In this document: positions 27,503 to 38,575 of the stretch, piece by piece
Position numbering within the stretch: position 1 is the stretch's first letter
Layout: the number at the start of each line of letters is the position of its first letter
Virus record (IMG/VR): IMGVR_UViG_642918906_000001
Span: 64,001-128,000 of that record
Reading direction: 5' to 3' (one strand)
DNA length: 64,000 bases
Origin: a virus
Taxonomy: Duplodnaviria; Caudoviricetes
Notes under the pieces: model-generated
Seen by the model: the letters and a program-made list of their open reading frames with translations, nothing else
The model's database searches: none
Told to the model about the DNA's origin: nothing
Program-made: the position numbers and the translations under genes

Positions 27503-30427
27503 TTACACTGGATCTAACGTATGACGCAACCAGTTGAATGTCAGGTCATCTTCAATGGTCAACTCTTGGTTAGGGAGTACAACCAGTTTCTGACGTACCG
27601 ACAATCGAACTGCATCGTCTTCTACGGTGATGATTGCAAAGTTATTGCTACCACCCAAACCAGTAGCTTCAATAGCCATTACTTCTTCACCAGAGGTTTC
27701 AGTCAAGCGTGCTACAGCTTCAGACATACTGATCGTACTACGTGCCAAGAACTCCGCAATGGTAGTCTTGGTGTTAGAGATCAAGCCTGGTCGAATAGTT
27801 GGGTTGGTGTACCCAGACTTACTCAGGTAGTAGTTCAGGTTAAATGCCTGATCAACTGGAACAGTGAGTTGCTGACCTTCACGAATACTAACCAGCGTAT
27901 CACCATAAGTAGTAGTCGGATACAGGAACAGCTCAGCCTCACCCAACAGTCTAGCGTCGAGTAATTCGATATCGTTCTGAATCCAAGTTACCAACTGCAT
28001 CGGAATCTCAGTTGCATAGGCTGCTGCTTCCCGTTCATTAGCAAAGTAGTATTTACCATCGACCATGAACAAGGTAGTTTCATATTTCAATTTACGTGGT
28101 GCAATCAAAATAGGATTACCATCAGCATCATGGATTGGATCACCTGCCATATGTTCGTAAACGGGTTGACCATCATCTGTTAAAATAGGGTCACCTGCAC
28201 GATGAAGGATCTTGTATTCCAAACTACCGTCAGGTTTGATATTGATGATAACGTTACCGTTAGCGTCCGTTTCGTAGATAGTCTGACTGTAGTAAGCTGG
28301 TACGTTAAACTCATACTTCTGATAAGACTCAGAACTAATCACTGGTCGACTACGACGCCACAGCCGGGTCAATTCGTAACCAAATACCGTATTCAAAGAC
28401 TCGCGTGTCACACACATGAACTGCGCTGGTAGCAAATGGGTTTGTACCATCTCATCGAGGTCGTTCGGTTTATACCCTGGGGTTACCGAGTTAACAACAA
28501 TGATCGTTACAGCCAACTCACTATTAAGTGGAGCGAAGTAGTTGTTCTGTACGGTGCTAAACATACTCATGTTCAACGTACGAAGTTCGTTAGCAGAGTT
28601 AACATCAAAGTTAGTCATGATATCGAACTGATAGATCGGCTCATTATCTTGACGTCCAATGAAAGTACCGTTCACAGAGGCCCAACGGTTTTCACCAGTA
28701 GGACGATAACCAAGTTGTAACACCACTTGATCATCTTCCAGCAACTTAAACTGTTCGCCCGTCTCAAGCATTACCCGAATACGGTAACCACCATCAATGC
28801 GAGTAATATCGTAAGAACTAATAGCTGCCTGTAGGTTAGCCGTGTCGTTCTCACCGATAAAGGTCTTACTCAGGATGGTTGGATTATCCAAGTAATAAGG
28901 TCGCATCTCAAAGTTATCGTTAGCGATGTCCATTACGTTGTGCAATGGGGAATACACGTAACGAGCGTCATTGACTTCACGTGCACACTGTTCTGCTGGA
29001 ATAGTGTTGAGTCTGGTGATCTCTGAATCAGGCAACGGGGTAACTTTCCCATTACTGTAGTTATACAGCATGCTAGGGAAAATAGTCAAACGATTGCCGT
29101 TATCCGAAACATGGGTGGACCCACCCAAAGTTTCCATATCAAAGGTAATCTCAGACATGGCTACGCCTGCACCAGAGGTTACATCTAAACTACGAGATGT
29201 AGGCATCTGGCGGGACGCCAAGAATTGAAGGTTGGTGATGTCATCGACGTTAGTAACCAGACTATAGCCACGACGATCCAAAGCTGAACCCAATTGCACG
29301 TTAGTGATAGGTACTTGCAGAGGACCCAGTGTATTGTTAATCACTTGCTCACGCAGTGCGGCAAAGGTCATTGCATTGGAACCACCACTGACGCGCCCAC
29401 GTGCCAAGACCTGTTGCGTGGTCAGAGTGTTCATAGGTGCAGTGAAAGTTGGATCATCATCAATCGAGTTATATTTAACAGAGAAATCGGTTTCTGCCAA
29501 CGTCGAGAAGTCTAGGTCTACTGGTCCCTGAGTCGTGTAGATGTCAAGTCGAATACTACCAGTTGCCATACCAGTCGTTACGTACACAACCGGAATAGTC
29601 GCTGTAAGTGTATTGGTGGTAAGTTTAAGCACCACTGTGAGTTTCATTGGATCGTAAGTCAATGCACTATGTGTAGTATTGATCTCAGTCCAAGTAGCCT
29701 CGTTATCTGTTGAGATATAAGCCCGAGCATAGAAGAACTGGCTATTCAGTGGATAAGACTTCTGGAACAAAGCTGACGGGTTCAGTGTGTCAGTATAGGT
29801 AGTAATACCAAACTGTTGAACTGGGATAGTCATTACCATCAAACGCCGACGCAGATTGTCTACCTTGGAAGTCATCATCTGCCATTGCACGATGTTGGTA
29901 GTCAGAGTTTCTACAGGAGATACCTTATCCAATACATATTCAACAGTCACACCACCATGGCGCATTACCGTCATTTGGATTGGGTACTGCATAGTGAACG
30001 GCATCTTACCAGCACTGAACTGGGTAAGGCGTGGAATAACCAGACGCTTTAACCCTTGATCACCATACGGTACTGCTTTGGCGATGATCTCGTCGTAATC
30101 AACCACTAACATGAATGGTGTACTGGCTGGGTTAGCGAACCGACCCAGATAATCATCATCCGCCATGTGAGCATAAAGGTCATCGGGTGTAACAGCTTGT
30201 CGACCATACAGTCGCCGCATAGAAGCTTCAGTATGGTTAACGTTGGCAGCAGTTTCCATACTACCACATTCCATCAAAAATACAAATGGGATTGTACCAT
30301 CGGGTACGTCAAAAGTTGGATTGTTTGGATCTGGATTCAATTGAGAGTCCAGCTCATTCAACGCCAAAGCTTGAATCAAACTTGGGTTGTTGAGAATTTC
30401 ATAAAGGTTATCTTTAAAACTACTCAT
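27503..30427 (-). CDS. Large virion protein, baseplate wedge-like (gp87-like)
   Basis: 974 aa, beta-rich; SGGSNAMTFAALREQVI resembles the baseplate J/gp6 GG.d.E...LR motif. Confidence 0.6.
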   Translation of the reverse strand: MSSFKDNLYEILNNPSLIQALALNELDSQLNPDPNNPTFDVPDGTIPFVFLMECGSMETAANVNHTEASMRRLYGRQAVTPDDLYAHMADDDYLGRFANPASTPFMLVVDYDEIIAKAVPYGDQGLKRLVIPRLTQFSAGKMPFTMQYPIQMTVMRHGGVTVEYVLDKVSPVETLTTNIVQWQMMTSKVDNLRRRLMVMTIPVQQFGITTYTDTLNPSALFQKSYPLNSQFFYARAYISTDNEATWTEINTTHSALTYDPMKLTVVLKLTTNTLTATIPVVYVTTGMATGSIRLDIYTTQGPVDLDFSTLAETDFSVKYNSIDDDPTFTAPMNTLTTQQVLARGRVSGGSNAMTFAALREQVINNTLGPLQVPITNVQLGSALDRRGYSLVTNVDDITNLQFLASRQMPTSRSLDVTSGAGVAMSEITFDMETLGGSTHVSDNGNRLTIFPSMLYNYSNGKVTPLPDSEITRLNTIPAEQCAREVNDARYVYSPLHNVMDIANDNFEMRPYYLDNPTILSKTFIGENDTANLQAAISSYDITRIDGGYRIRVMLETGEQFKLLEDDQVVLQLGYRPTGENRWASVNGTFIGRQDNEPIYQFDIMTNFDVNSANELRTLNMSMFSTVQNNYFAPLNSELAVTIIVVNSVTPGYKPNDLDEMVQTHLLPAQFMCVTRESLNTVFGYELTRLWRRSRPVISSESYQKYEFNVPAYYSQTIYETDANGNVIINIKPDGSLEYKILHRAGDPILTDDGQPVYEHMAGDPIHDADGNPILIAPRKLKYETTLFMVDGKYYFANEREAAAYATEIPMQLVTWIQNDIELLDARLLGEAELFLYPTTTYGDTLVSIREGQQLTVPVDQAFNLNYYLSKSGYTNPTIRPGLISNTKTTIAEFLARSTISMSEAVARLTETSGEEVMAIEATGLGGSNNFAIITVEDDAVRLSVRQKLVVLPNQELTIEDDLTFNWLRHTLDPV

Positions 30428-31506
30428 TAAGGAGTTCCTGTGGTAGTGCCTGCCGCGCGATCGGCATCACGAATAGTGGATGTAAGGTTACCGCCAAACT
30501 TGGCAGCGTAAGTACTTTTAAGCACATGCCATTCTAATTCGTTATGGGCCTCTACGTTGATGTAGGGATATGCTTCGAAGTTGAACCAGTTAAGTTCGTT
30601 GTACCCTAACTTTACAGTTTGGACACCACGATTACCATCTTTCATGGCATCGTTGAATTCCTGGACCAATTCGTTAAACTCATAAATTAAGATGTAGTCG
30701 TAAATAGTCATTCCCATACAACGCCAACTAAAGTTCAGTTGATCGCTTACGGTTTGATAAGGAGTTTCCGAACCGTCACCCGTGAAGTTAATACCTTGAC
30801 CAGTTGGAGCGTTCATCGGTAATGCAGCACCACATGCAGCGATACGCTGAACGTAGGTTTTAGTTGAGTCCATTACCAAACGGTAAAATCGAGTGTTAGC
30901 ATCGTATTCATTTAATAGCACGAGTTCAGGATAGGGCATAATGCGCCCTTCCCGGTTCAAACCCATATAGGTTTGCCACATGTACATCATCCATGATATA
31001 GGATCGCCATCAATATTTCGGCAGGTCATTTGTAAATCGTAAGTTCCGTATTGATACGGGACATCATCGACATACGACATCGCATCACGGTAGACTCCGG
31101 GTGCAGTGGTACTCAAGTTTAATGTGAAGTCTTCCCATCCGGTAAGACTAATCATGTTATTCGTAAGCAGTGGAATAAAAGGTTGGAGTGGGTCTACACC
31201 CGGACACCAATCTGGACCATTTGCTTTATGTGCCTCTGGATCAAGGTACGCCCGGACACGGCGTTCAATACTGTGTGGATTTGGATTGAGCAACATTTGA
31301 AGTCGTCGATCGACCATGCAATTAGCTTCGGACAAATTCAGATATGGACGCGTGACAAACGTATAACCATGGTTCTCTGTATTGAGGGGAACGGAGTTGT
31401 TTCGTCCGGTAATATTTAACCCACGAAACGTATCGTATATTGATTGATCACGCGGTGATAAACCCGAGTTCTTGATGATCTGATTGATGAAATCGTTTAA
31501 AGCCAT
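30427..31506 (-). CDS. Virion tail/baseplate protein (gp88-like, possibly tube fold)
   Basis: 359 aa, coupled to the gp87-like gene; synteny. Confidence 0.55.
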   Translation of the reverse strand: MALNDFINQIIKNSGLSPRDQSIYDTFRGLNITGRNNSVPLNTENHGYTFVTRPYLNLSEANCMVDRRLQMLLNPNPHSIERRVRAYLDPEAHKANGPDWCPGVDPLQPFIPLLTNNMISLTGWEDFTLNLSTTAPGVYRDAMSYVDDVPYQYGTYDLQMTCRNIDGDPISWMMYMWQTYMGLNREGRIMPYPELVLLNEYDANTRFYRLVMDSTKTYVQRIAACGAALPMNAPTGQGINFTGDGSETPYQTVSDQLNFSWRCMGMTIYDYILIYEFNELVQEFNDAMKDGNRGVQTVKLGYNELNWFNFEAYPYINVEAHNELEWHVLKSTYAAKFGGNLTSTIRDADRAAGTTTGTP

Positions 31507-31542
31507 TTTAATTAACCTCTTTTAAAATTAAAGGAAGAGACT

Positions 31543-32745
31543 ATGACATTACCAATTGTTGCCGCAGCCGCTGCCGGAGACGTAAAAGCTATCGGTCGAG
31601 AGCTTATGTCCACTGTATTGACTGCCGCAAAAGCCTCTACGCGAGTGTCTTCGCTGGCTGACCTGGCTAAACCATGCCGTGTCGAACCCATTACCCTTAT
31701 CGACCAGAGCATTGCTGATCAGCCTTACATTACTGATCTGATGAAACTGACAGTTAGTATGTTTGCCGGTTACTACTTGCAAGCGGTTAACATGGTAATG
31801 GGTGTCGGTCGAATTGATACGATGAAAGTGTTTGACACACTGAACCCTGAACGTAGTTTGGGTGGTCTTGCGTTTGAATCTCATCGTGCCGCTGTATATG
31901 ATCCGGCTACTTATAGCAATGGTCTGCCATCGCTTGAAGCTTTCAGCCAACCTATGCGTCGTGGCTTGATCGCCGAATACTCCCAAGAGAAGTTTGAAGA
32001 CGCTTGGAAAGAGGACGCTCCATTCCGTGCATCGCTCGAAGATGGTGCTGATAAAGAAGACAAGCCACCACGTAATTCGATCAGTTCTTCTGACGCACAT
32101 AAAATCTACGAAGCAGAGAACCTTGCGATTGGTAAGCTGCTTAACGTCGACGTAACTTCCGATGGTGAGAAGAAGAAACTTCCTGTACTGGTCAAGCTAA
32201 TTCCAGCTGTAGTTCCTTCGGACACACTGGTACAGATCTTCACCGGTGGTGGCCGTGACACTTGGGCACACCGGATGTTCCTCGTCAAATCTGGACAGAT
32301 CCAATTCTGGCGTGACTTCGTTATGGGTCAAGACATGATCGATGCACATATGAAAGCATTGATGTCTGACCGTAATGGTGCTTACAAAGCAATCATGGAC
32401 CGTCGTCGTAACAACGTATCTAAATCGGTACAGTCCGGTCGCCTGAGCCTGGCGGATGCTTCTAACATTGCTATCATCTCCGCTACTACCATGAAGAAAT
32501 CGGCGAACACTTTGTTTGCTAAGATTGAAGATAAGAACATGCGTGACAAGATCTTCGATAACTCCTATCTGCTGTTGCTGATGGTTGTCGATGAACGTTG
32601 GGGTCGTGTGACGATTTATCACCGTGGCGTAGATCTCTCTACTAGCTATCGTATTGAAGATGTTAAGCTGGCTGAGAAATCTAAAGGTCAAGATATCACT
32701 GAGATCTTTAAACTGTTCAACAAGCAAATGCATACTAACATCTAA
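31543..32745 (+). CDS. Abundant head/inner-body protein (gp89-like)
   Basis: 400 aa; AFE, SLE and SQE motifs; synteny. Confidence 0.65.
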   Translation: MTLPIVAAAAAGDVKAIGRELMSTVLTAAKASTRVSSLADLAKPCRVEPITLIDQSIADQPYITDLMKLTVSMFAGYYLQAVNMVMGVGRIDTMKVFDTLNPERSLGGLAFESHRAAVYDPATYSNGLPSLEAFSQPMRRGLIAEYSQEKFEDAWKEDAPFRASLEDGADKEDKPPRNSISSSDAHKIYEAENLAIGKLLNVDVTSDGEKKKLPVLVKLIPAVVPSDTLVQIFTGGGRDTWAHRMFLVKSGQIQFWRDFVMGQDMIDAHMKALMSDRNGAYKAIMDRRRNNVSKSVQSGRLSLADASNIAIISATTMKKSANTLFAKIEDKNMRDKIFDNSYLLLLMVVDERWGRVTIYHRGVDLSTSYRIEDVKLAEKSKGQDITEIFKLFNKQMHTNI

Positions 32746-32756
32746 GGGGTTACCAG

Positions 32757-33650
32757 ATGAGTCTTTTGTCCTTTATCACAGACCTGCCGGCCGTTCTTGA
32801 ACGCCGTCAAGTAATGAACGTTGTCGACCAACTGAAGCTGGAGTATGATGACACCATCTCTCCTATTCTGGACGACATCCGGGAAACCTTCCAAGGTCGA
32901 CCAATGAAGTCCATGCTGAATAAGCGCATGGATACCACCACTCGCCGTTTCGTGAGTTTCAACGGGGATTCCCTCCAACTGATTCTGAAGAACCTCACTA
33001 ATATTCGTGGTTACTTCGAACTGCTGGAACGCGATGTTAAATCGGCATTTAGTGTACAGTTCACTAATACCAATATTTCTTTCGAGCGTGCTAACGTTCT
33101 GAAGTTTATTGAAGCACTGGCTTTCTACATTCGTTATGCCCGTAAGTACCTGCTGTTTCTGGTCGCTCAAGAATCCGCTGCAATCGGTAAAGCCACTGCC
33201 AGTAAATGGTCCCCAGCTGAGATCGAGTGGGTTAACACCTATATGGATGACTTTGCTGCCCTGTACCAGACCATGGCCATTCAACCGAATGAGTTCAAGT
33301 CTCGTATTCAGAAATCGTCTAGTGCGGTTATTGAAGAGTCGACTTATCAAGTAGCCATGCAACAACTGGGTGCCCAGAAGACTGACCCACTCCAGATGGA
33401 TGGTTTCAGTCCTCGACAAAACCCATTCATGTTGCTGGGCAAGTTCATTGCTGAGATGCAGATTACGCGCTATAACGAAGCCAAAGAAGAATTCTACGGT
33501 CTGCAACTGCGGCTGCAAGAACTTCGTGATCTGCAAGCTGGTCAACCAGCTAACCCTAAAGTACAGCAACTGATCCAGTCGTATGAAAAGCGCATTAGCG
33601 AATACGAATACGAGATGAAACAAATCGAAGAAAAGGCTGGTCTTGCCTAA
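32757..33650 (+). CDS. Head protein (gp90-like), coiled-coil C-terminus
   Basis: 297 aa; synteny. Confidence 0.6.
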   Translation: MSLLSFITDLPAVLERRQVMNVVDQLKLEYDDTISPILDDIRETFQGRPMKSMLNKRMDTTTRRFVSFNGDSLQLILKNLTNIRGYFELLERDVKSAFSVQFTNTNISFERANVLKFIEALAFYIRYARKYLLFLVAQESAAIGKATASKWSPAEIEWVNTYMDDFAALYQTMAIQPNEFKSRIQKSSSAVIEESTYQVAMQQLGAQKTDPLQMDGFSPRQNPFMLLGKFIAEMQITRYNEAKEEFYGLQLRLQELRDLQAGQPANPKVQQLIQSYEKRISEYEYEMKQIEEKAGLA

Positions 33651-33659
33651 GGAGGCTTC

Positions 33660-34193
33660 ATGTCTACTAATGCCGTAAAGCCTTTCCCTGATGGCCGTGA
33701 TTATTCCGGTGGTCAGATCAAGCCAACTAAACGTTTTGAACTACGTGAGGGTGATCCTCGTGTACACGAACTGTTTGTAGAGTTTACTAACTTTCCTAAA
33801 CATGCCGTGACTTGGGATTTCCAGAAACGCGTAATCAACCTCGCTCAAGAACTATTTGAGGGTGAGTATAGTTGGTTCGTCCGTCAAGACTCGAATGCAC
33901 TGATTAAAGATCAGAACTATGCATTCATCTTAGATACCGTGCGATACATCGCCACCGGTTACCGTCGGTTCAGTATTCATACTTGGCCATCTCTGATTAG
34001 CTATGATGTTCCAGTGATCAGGGAATCTGTAGCGGGTCGCCGTGATATCTGGTTCCTGATGGAAGAACTGAGTGTACCGGGTAACACCAATGCATTCATC
34101 CAGAAATGGCTTTCACACAAAGACGGATTTAATGATCTAGTCTATACCTTACATCTGTTGTTTGGTAGTGTGCCTGAACAAATTAAGCAATAG
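33660..34193 (+). CDS. Conserved hypothetical/virion protein (gp91-like)
   Basis: 177 aa, SD AAGGAGG. Confidence 0.55.
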   Translation: MSTNAVKPFPDGRDYSGGQIKPTKRFELREGDPRVHELFVEFTNFPKHAVTWDFQKRVINLAQELFEGEYSWFVRQDSNALIKDQNYAFILDTVRYIATGYRRFSIHTWPSLISYDVPVIRESVAGRRDIWFLMEELSVPGNTNAFIQKWLSHKDGFNDLVYTLHLLFGSVPEQIKQ

Positions 34194-34201
34194 GAGGGCT
34201 A

Positions 34202-35482
34202 ATGGTTAATTCTATTAACCGTCCCCAACCTGAACTCGGCGGGGTAACACCCGCCGATTTTAACGTCTTGTCCAATGAGTTCTTCGCAGAGCTAGATCTT
34301 TATGCTAAACGCAATGATGCAATCTGTGATGAAATGGCGGCATTAGAAAATCTTTTTATTACATTGGAAGGGTCAGATCCGACTCTTATCAATTATGCCC
34401 TTGAGAAATATAATCTCACTGAGGTAGTTTCTAATGAAGACGTTAACCGCGCAGCTATTCAGGCATGGGAACGAGTCAAGGTAAACCTACGTCGTTTCCA
34501 AAGCGATCTCTTTGGTTACGCTAAAGTAATTCAATCGGGTTCAGAACGATTGGTCGAAAGACTTGAGATGTTGCAAGGTATTGCAGAGAAAGCTAACAAG
34601 GTACCATTTAAAGACGAGATCACGGTAAAGAAGAATCAGAAGTTCGCCATCAATGGTGGATTCCAACCTTTTGATATCCGACCAGTTTTAGAAGACACCA
34701 ACAACACTTTCGATTTCTATGACAAAGTCTTGTTGCCGTATATGAAACAGATCGGTAAGCTACTGGATACCGTGGAGCTCAACCTTACGTGGACTGAGAA
34801 CACAGAGATGAGGTTTGAACTGCTCAACGCCAATAAATGGATGAAGAACTTTAAACCCCTCGAAGAACCGGATGATCGTTTCCGTGCAGCGGCTTATGTG
34901 GTACGTGGTATCACAGCTCAGGGTGAACGCGCTATCTATTATTCTGGGCCTGAGGACACCAAGACTGAAAACGTAAAAGACTGGGGTTATTTTATTAGTA
35001 CCATTCGAAACATGCGTTATCGTTACTTGAAGATCCCTGGTCAGCAACCTCTCAATGAATCTGACAACAAGATTGATGTTGAGAACGCAACGACAATTAG
35101 ACAACGTTTAAGTTATCTGATCGGTATCGCTAAAAGGATTCAGGGTCGTAAGGGTTACGACCAAAAGATCTCAACTGAATTACGTAAGATCGAACGGTCA
35201 GCAGACAAGGTCAGAAACAATACCCGTAATATGCGTACTCAACTCGACCAACGTAATGTTGAAGAAGAGCGCGACGAAGGTCGTCCTAACGTTTCTAATA
35301 TTGTTAAAGACATGTCGACCATCTTGAACTGCATGACTCGTTTGGTACAAGACTTCAACAACGCTGTTGCTGGTCAATTAAGGTTGGCTGGAGCATTGGG
35401 TTTTATATGCGACCTTGAATTAAAAGCATATGAAGCGCCGATCGATAAGCCGACGCCAGAAGTACAAGAGAAACTTGAGTAA
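34202..35482 (+). CDS. Internal head protein (gp92-like)
   Basis: SNE, ALE and SNE motifs in the N-terminal propeptide-like region. Confidence 0.6.
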   Translation: MVNSINRPQPELGGVTPADFNVLSNEFFAELDLYAKRNDAICDEMAALENLFITLEGSDPTLINYALEKYNLTEVVSNEDVNRAAIQAWERVKVNLRRFQSDLFGYAKVIQSGSERLVERLEMLQGIAEKANKVPFKDEITVKKNQKFAINGGFQPFDIRPVLEDTNNTFDFYDKVLLPYMKQIGKLLDTVELNLTWTENTEMRFELLNANKWMKNFKPLEEPDDRFRAAAYVVRGITAQGERAIYYSGPEDTKTENVKDWGYFISTIRNMRYRYLKIPGQQPLNESDNKIDVENATTIRQRLSYLIGIAKRIQGRKGYDQKISTELRKIERSADKVRNNTRNMRTQLDQRNVEEERDEGRPNVSNIVKDMSTILNCMTRLVQDFNNAVAGQLRLAGALGFICDLELKAYEAPIDKPTPEVQEKLE

Positions 35483-35548
35483 AGCCATATCGGGAACCAC
35501 TACGGTTCCCCTTATGCTATGTTATCATTATTAACAGAGAGTAGACAC

Positions 35549-37375
35549 ATGTCCCTTTTAGATTTGAAATCACTGGTCAGCACTGAAGACTTCGCTGACG
35601 CACATGAGCCATTGAACGATGGCGTTAAAGATGTACCGAACGCACAGACTGTAGCGGCCAGTGTAGGAACTGGGGATGTGGGCAATGACACCACTACTCA
35701 AGGTCCTGCTAAGGTAATCCCTGAGAAGCCAGACACTGATGATCAGACCAAAACCGAACACAACGTTGTCAAAGAGTCAGCTGAGAAAACTGGTGGCACT
35801 AGCGCACCTGCGTCCGATAAAGATTCCGGGGGCGATGCTAACGCCAGCGCAGAACCTGAAAAGTCTGAAGAAACAGATGAAGCAAAAGAACCTTTAGAGC
35901 ACACTTCTGAGAAAGTGGCTAAAGACGAGCTGGAGAAAACTGAGCGTGCTACCACTGCACTCGAAGCGTACGCTCCTAATGCCAAGCGCTTTGACATCAT
36001 CGGCCACCCTAAAGTGAAAGCCGAACAAATTAGTAAGATGGTAGGTTATATCCAGCGCCGGTCTGGTGTAAGTGGTGAAGTAACTGTTTCCGCTGAATCG
36101 ATTAACACCGCCGTTGAACTCGGTCGTAGTCGTATGGCCAAGCTGGAACGCGAAGTACGTATCCTTGGTTCGCAAAAGGTCTCCAAAGAAAACCTCGTTG
36201 AAGAGATTGCTGTAACCGAAGAACCAACCGAGCATGGCGCCCCACCATTGGCCCCAGAGGCCGCCGCCGCTATTACCGAGCTTGAAACAGACCCGCTAGA
36301 CGTACCATTGCTGGAAGTAGAGAAAGTGCAAGAAACTCTTGACACTCTACAATCCGGTGCCGTGGCCATCGAGCGCCTGACTGAAATCGTTCGGGCTAAC
36401 CCACGGATTTCTAAACAAGCGGCCGCGGTACTGCATGCCAGTTTGGAAAATATCGACCAGATGTGTGGTCTGAAAATTCGCGCTACTGGATTTGAATCTT
36501 ACGAAGCTACCCCGCGTGCTGCTCTGGAAGCAACCGCCGTTGATGGCGATTCACTGAGTAGTCGTGCCGCAGAAATCGGCGCTAAAATCATGAAGGTGAT
36601 TACGGCTCTCTATGAAAAGCTGAAACTTTATGCTGCTCGGTATTCCACCGGTATTGATAAGCTTAGCGATCGTTTCACAACTATCGCTCGTAAGGCTCCA
36701 AGCGGTATTGAACTTAAGAGTATCACTATCCGTGGTGATCGTTCAGAGTTGTTCTTGGATGGTGAGTTTGTCGGTGATTACCTCACGCCAGAGGAACGTA
36801 AGATCCCTGAGTTACTGAAACAGAATCGGAAGGAACTTGCTAAGCTACTGGTTAAACCATTGGAACGTCTGCTGTCTAGTGGACCAGCTGATGAGCGCAT
36901 GCTCAATGACATCGAACAGATCAAGCAGGCTATTGGCGGAACTGGGGAACGGTCGACATCTATCCCAGGTGGCTACAAAGTAACTGCCAAAGGTATCGAT
37001 ATCGATGTAGTGGAAGATAAAGCTGATCGCGGTGCAGACGAAGTAACTGTAGAACCAATGATGGGTCATGAACTCGGCCGAAGTGCCGACGATATCAAAC
37101 GGTACCTTGCTCTGCTGTTGGGTGTGATCGATGAAGCAACCAGTCCTGATGAAGTCGAACGCCTTAAGAAAGCCGTCCTGACTCTCAGAAAGAATAGCAA
37201 GGGTGGTGACGAAGCTGTATTCCAGAAAGTTCAAAGTGCTGTTGTTGAAATTATCAACAAGCAATTGAACCCTGTTGAATTTATGGGTCTTGTAGGTAAA
37301 CTCGCTAAAGCACAAGCCGCCCGCGCCGCCTACTTTGAGCAACGTCTGGCACACGCTGCCACGAACGACCAATAA
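35549..37375 (+). CDS. Internal head protein paralog (gp93/94 family)
   Basis: Long acidic propeptide with STE, ALE, SAE, SKE, AIE, SLE and GFE motifs; likely start ATG 35549. Confidence 0.65.
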   Translation: MSLLDLKSLVSTEDFADAHEPLNDGVKDVPNAQTVAASVGTGDVGNDTTTQGPAKVIPEKPDTDDQTKTEHNVVKESAEKTGGTSAPASDKDSGGDANASAEPEKSEETDEAKEPLEHTSEKVAKDELEKTERATTALEAYAPNAKRFDIIGHPKVKAEQISKMVGYIQRRSGVSGEVTVSAESINTAVELGRSRMAKLEREVRILGSQKVSKENLVEEIAVTEEPTEHGAPPLAPEAAAAITELETDPLDVPLLEVEKVQETLDTLQSGAVAIERLTEIVRANPRISKQAAAVLHASLENIDQMCGLKIRATGFESYEATPRAALEATAVDGDSLSSRAAEIGAKIMKVITALYEKLKLYAARYSTGIDKLSDRFTTIARKAPSGIELKSITIRGDRSELFLDGEFVGDYLTPEERKIPELLKQNRKELAKLLVKPLERLLSSGPADERMLNDIEQIKQAIGGTGERSTSIPGGYKVTAKGIDIDVVEDKADRGADEVTVEPMMGHELGRSADDIKRYLALLLGVIDEATSPDEVERLKKAVLTLRKNSKGGDEAVFQKVQSAVVEIINKQLNPVEFMGLVGKLAKAQAARAAYFEQRLAHAATNDQ

Positions 37376-37385
37376 GGAAATACCC

Positions 37386-38549
37386 ATGACAGACGACACT
37401 CGTCAAGACCCACACAATCGACCGGCGTTAAGTGACAGTCCTGTTGAGCCGGTAGAGGAAAACATCATCGTGACTGATGTGCTAGATGAATGCCAAGACC
37501 TAATCATACAGCGTGCTGCTTTGGAACGTTACAGGGATCAATTGGTACAAGCTGGTCCAGATGGATTGGACCATGTCGCCAAGCACTTCATGTTGGTTGG
37601 ATTACAACAACTCAAGGTGCGTAAAAACAGCACCGGTATGGAATCCTTTGACGCCGACCGAGAAACAGTGACTGTTGAAGACTTCTCCGAATGGCTTAGT
37701 AATCTGGGAGAGCGAATTAAACAGCTTATTAATAAGCTGATCGCCCTGGCCAAACAAGCTGCATCCAAAATCATGTCCGGTATTGAGGGCGTTAAGACTC
37801 AATCTGAAGAACTCATGGAGCGTGCACGTAAGAGTGCACGTCGTCCATCGAACGAAAGACACGGTGAAGGTAAAGAAATTACAATCGATTCACCTAGTCT
37901 ACTTTGGACAGATGGTGAGTTCTGCGTGGGTGACTGTAAATCAGAACAAAACGTGGTTAAGTTCTTTGTAGGTGCTTGGCCTAAGTACGCTATCGATCAA
38001 ATCCAACGTGCTAAGAAAATGATCTCCGAGTACGATGTTGAATCGGGTAACTCCGACAACTTCGAATCCAACATGGGGTTCATTGGTAATCACCAATCGC
38101 TGGTGGCTACCGTTACTCGCGACATCCTGCCGGGTAACAAACAGATCGCATTTAAATATGTGGCACTGGGTCCAGAGTTGGTTGATGCAGAAGATGCGCA
38201 ACCAGCTCCAGATAAACACTCTTTTGAAATCCGCACTCTTGTCGAGATCACCAGTACCCTTAAGCAGAACGTTGCTACGATGAATGCCCTGGGTCAGATG
38301 TATCGTAGTGAGTCAGAGGTGTTAACTGAGATGGCCACTTTGGCAGATGCTCTGATGAAACTGGAAGGACGCCGGGGTGAGACTGTATGGAAGTCTGCTC
38401 GCGATGGTCTGGATGATATCTCTAAAGCCATGATGGATCTGATCGGTCGACTGAAGCCTAACTATGATCCAATTGTTCGTCACTTGGCTAAGGTTGGTAC
38501 AGCCCGTAACGCTGTCTGCCGTAAAGAACTTGACGCACTGGGTCAATGA
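37386..38549 (+). CDS. Internal head protein paralog
   Basis: ALE and GME motifs, then the family-type helical segment; ATG 37386 with SD AAGGA. Confidence 0.65.
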   Translation: MTDDTRQDPHNRPALSDSPVEPVEENIIVTDVLDECQDLIIQRAALERYRDQLVQAGPDGLDHVAKHFMLVGLQQLKVRKNSTGMESFDADRETVTVEDFSEWLSNLGERIKQLINKLIALAKQAASKIMSGIEGVKTQSEELMERARKSARRPSNERHGEGKEITIDSPSLLWTDGEFCVGDCKSEQNVVKFFVGAWPKYAIDQIQRAKKMISEYDVESGNSDNFESNMGFIGNHQSLVATVTRDILPGNKQIAFKYVALGPELVDAEDAQPAPDKHSFEIRTLVEITSTLKQNVATMNALGQMYRSESEVLTEMATLADALMKLEGRRGETVWKSARDGLDDISKAMMDLIGRLKPNYDPIVRHLAKVGTARNAVCRKELDALGQ

Positions 38550-38575
38550 TATAGTTTAACTTAAAGGAACCACTC

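Noticed and set aside
32742-33623. 293 aa minus-strand ORF
   Set aside because: Antisense shadow of the gp90-like gene
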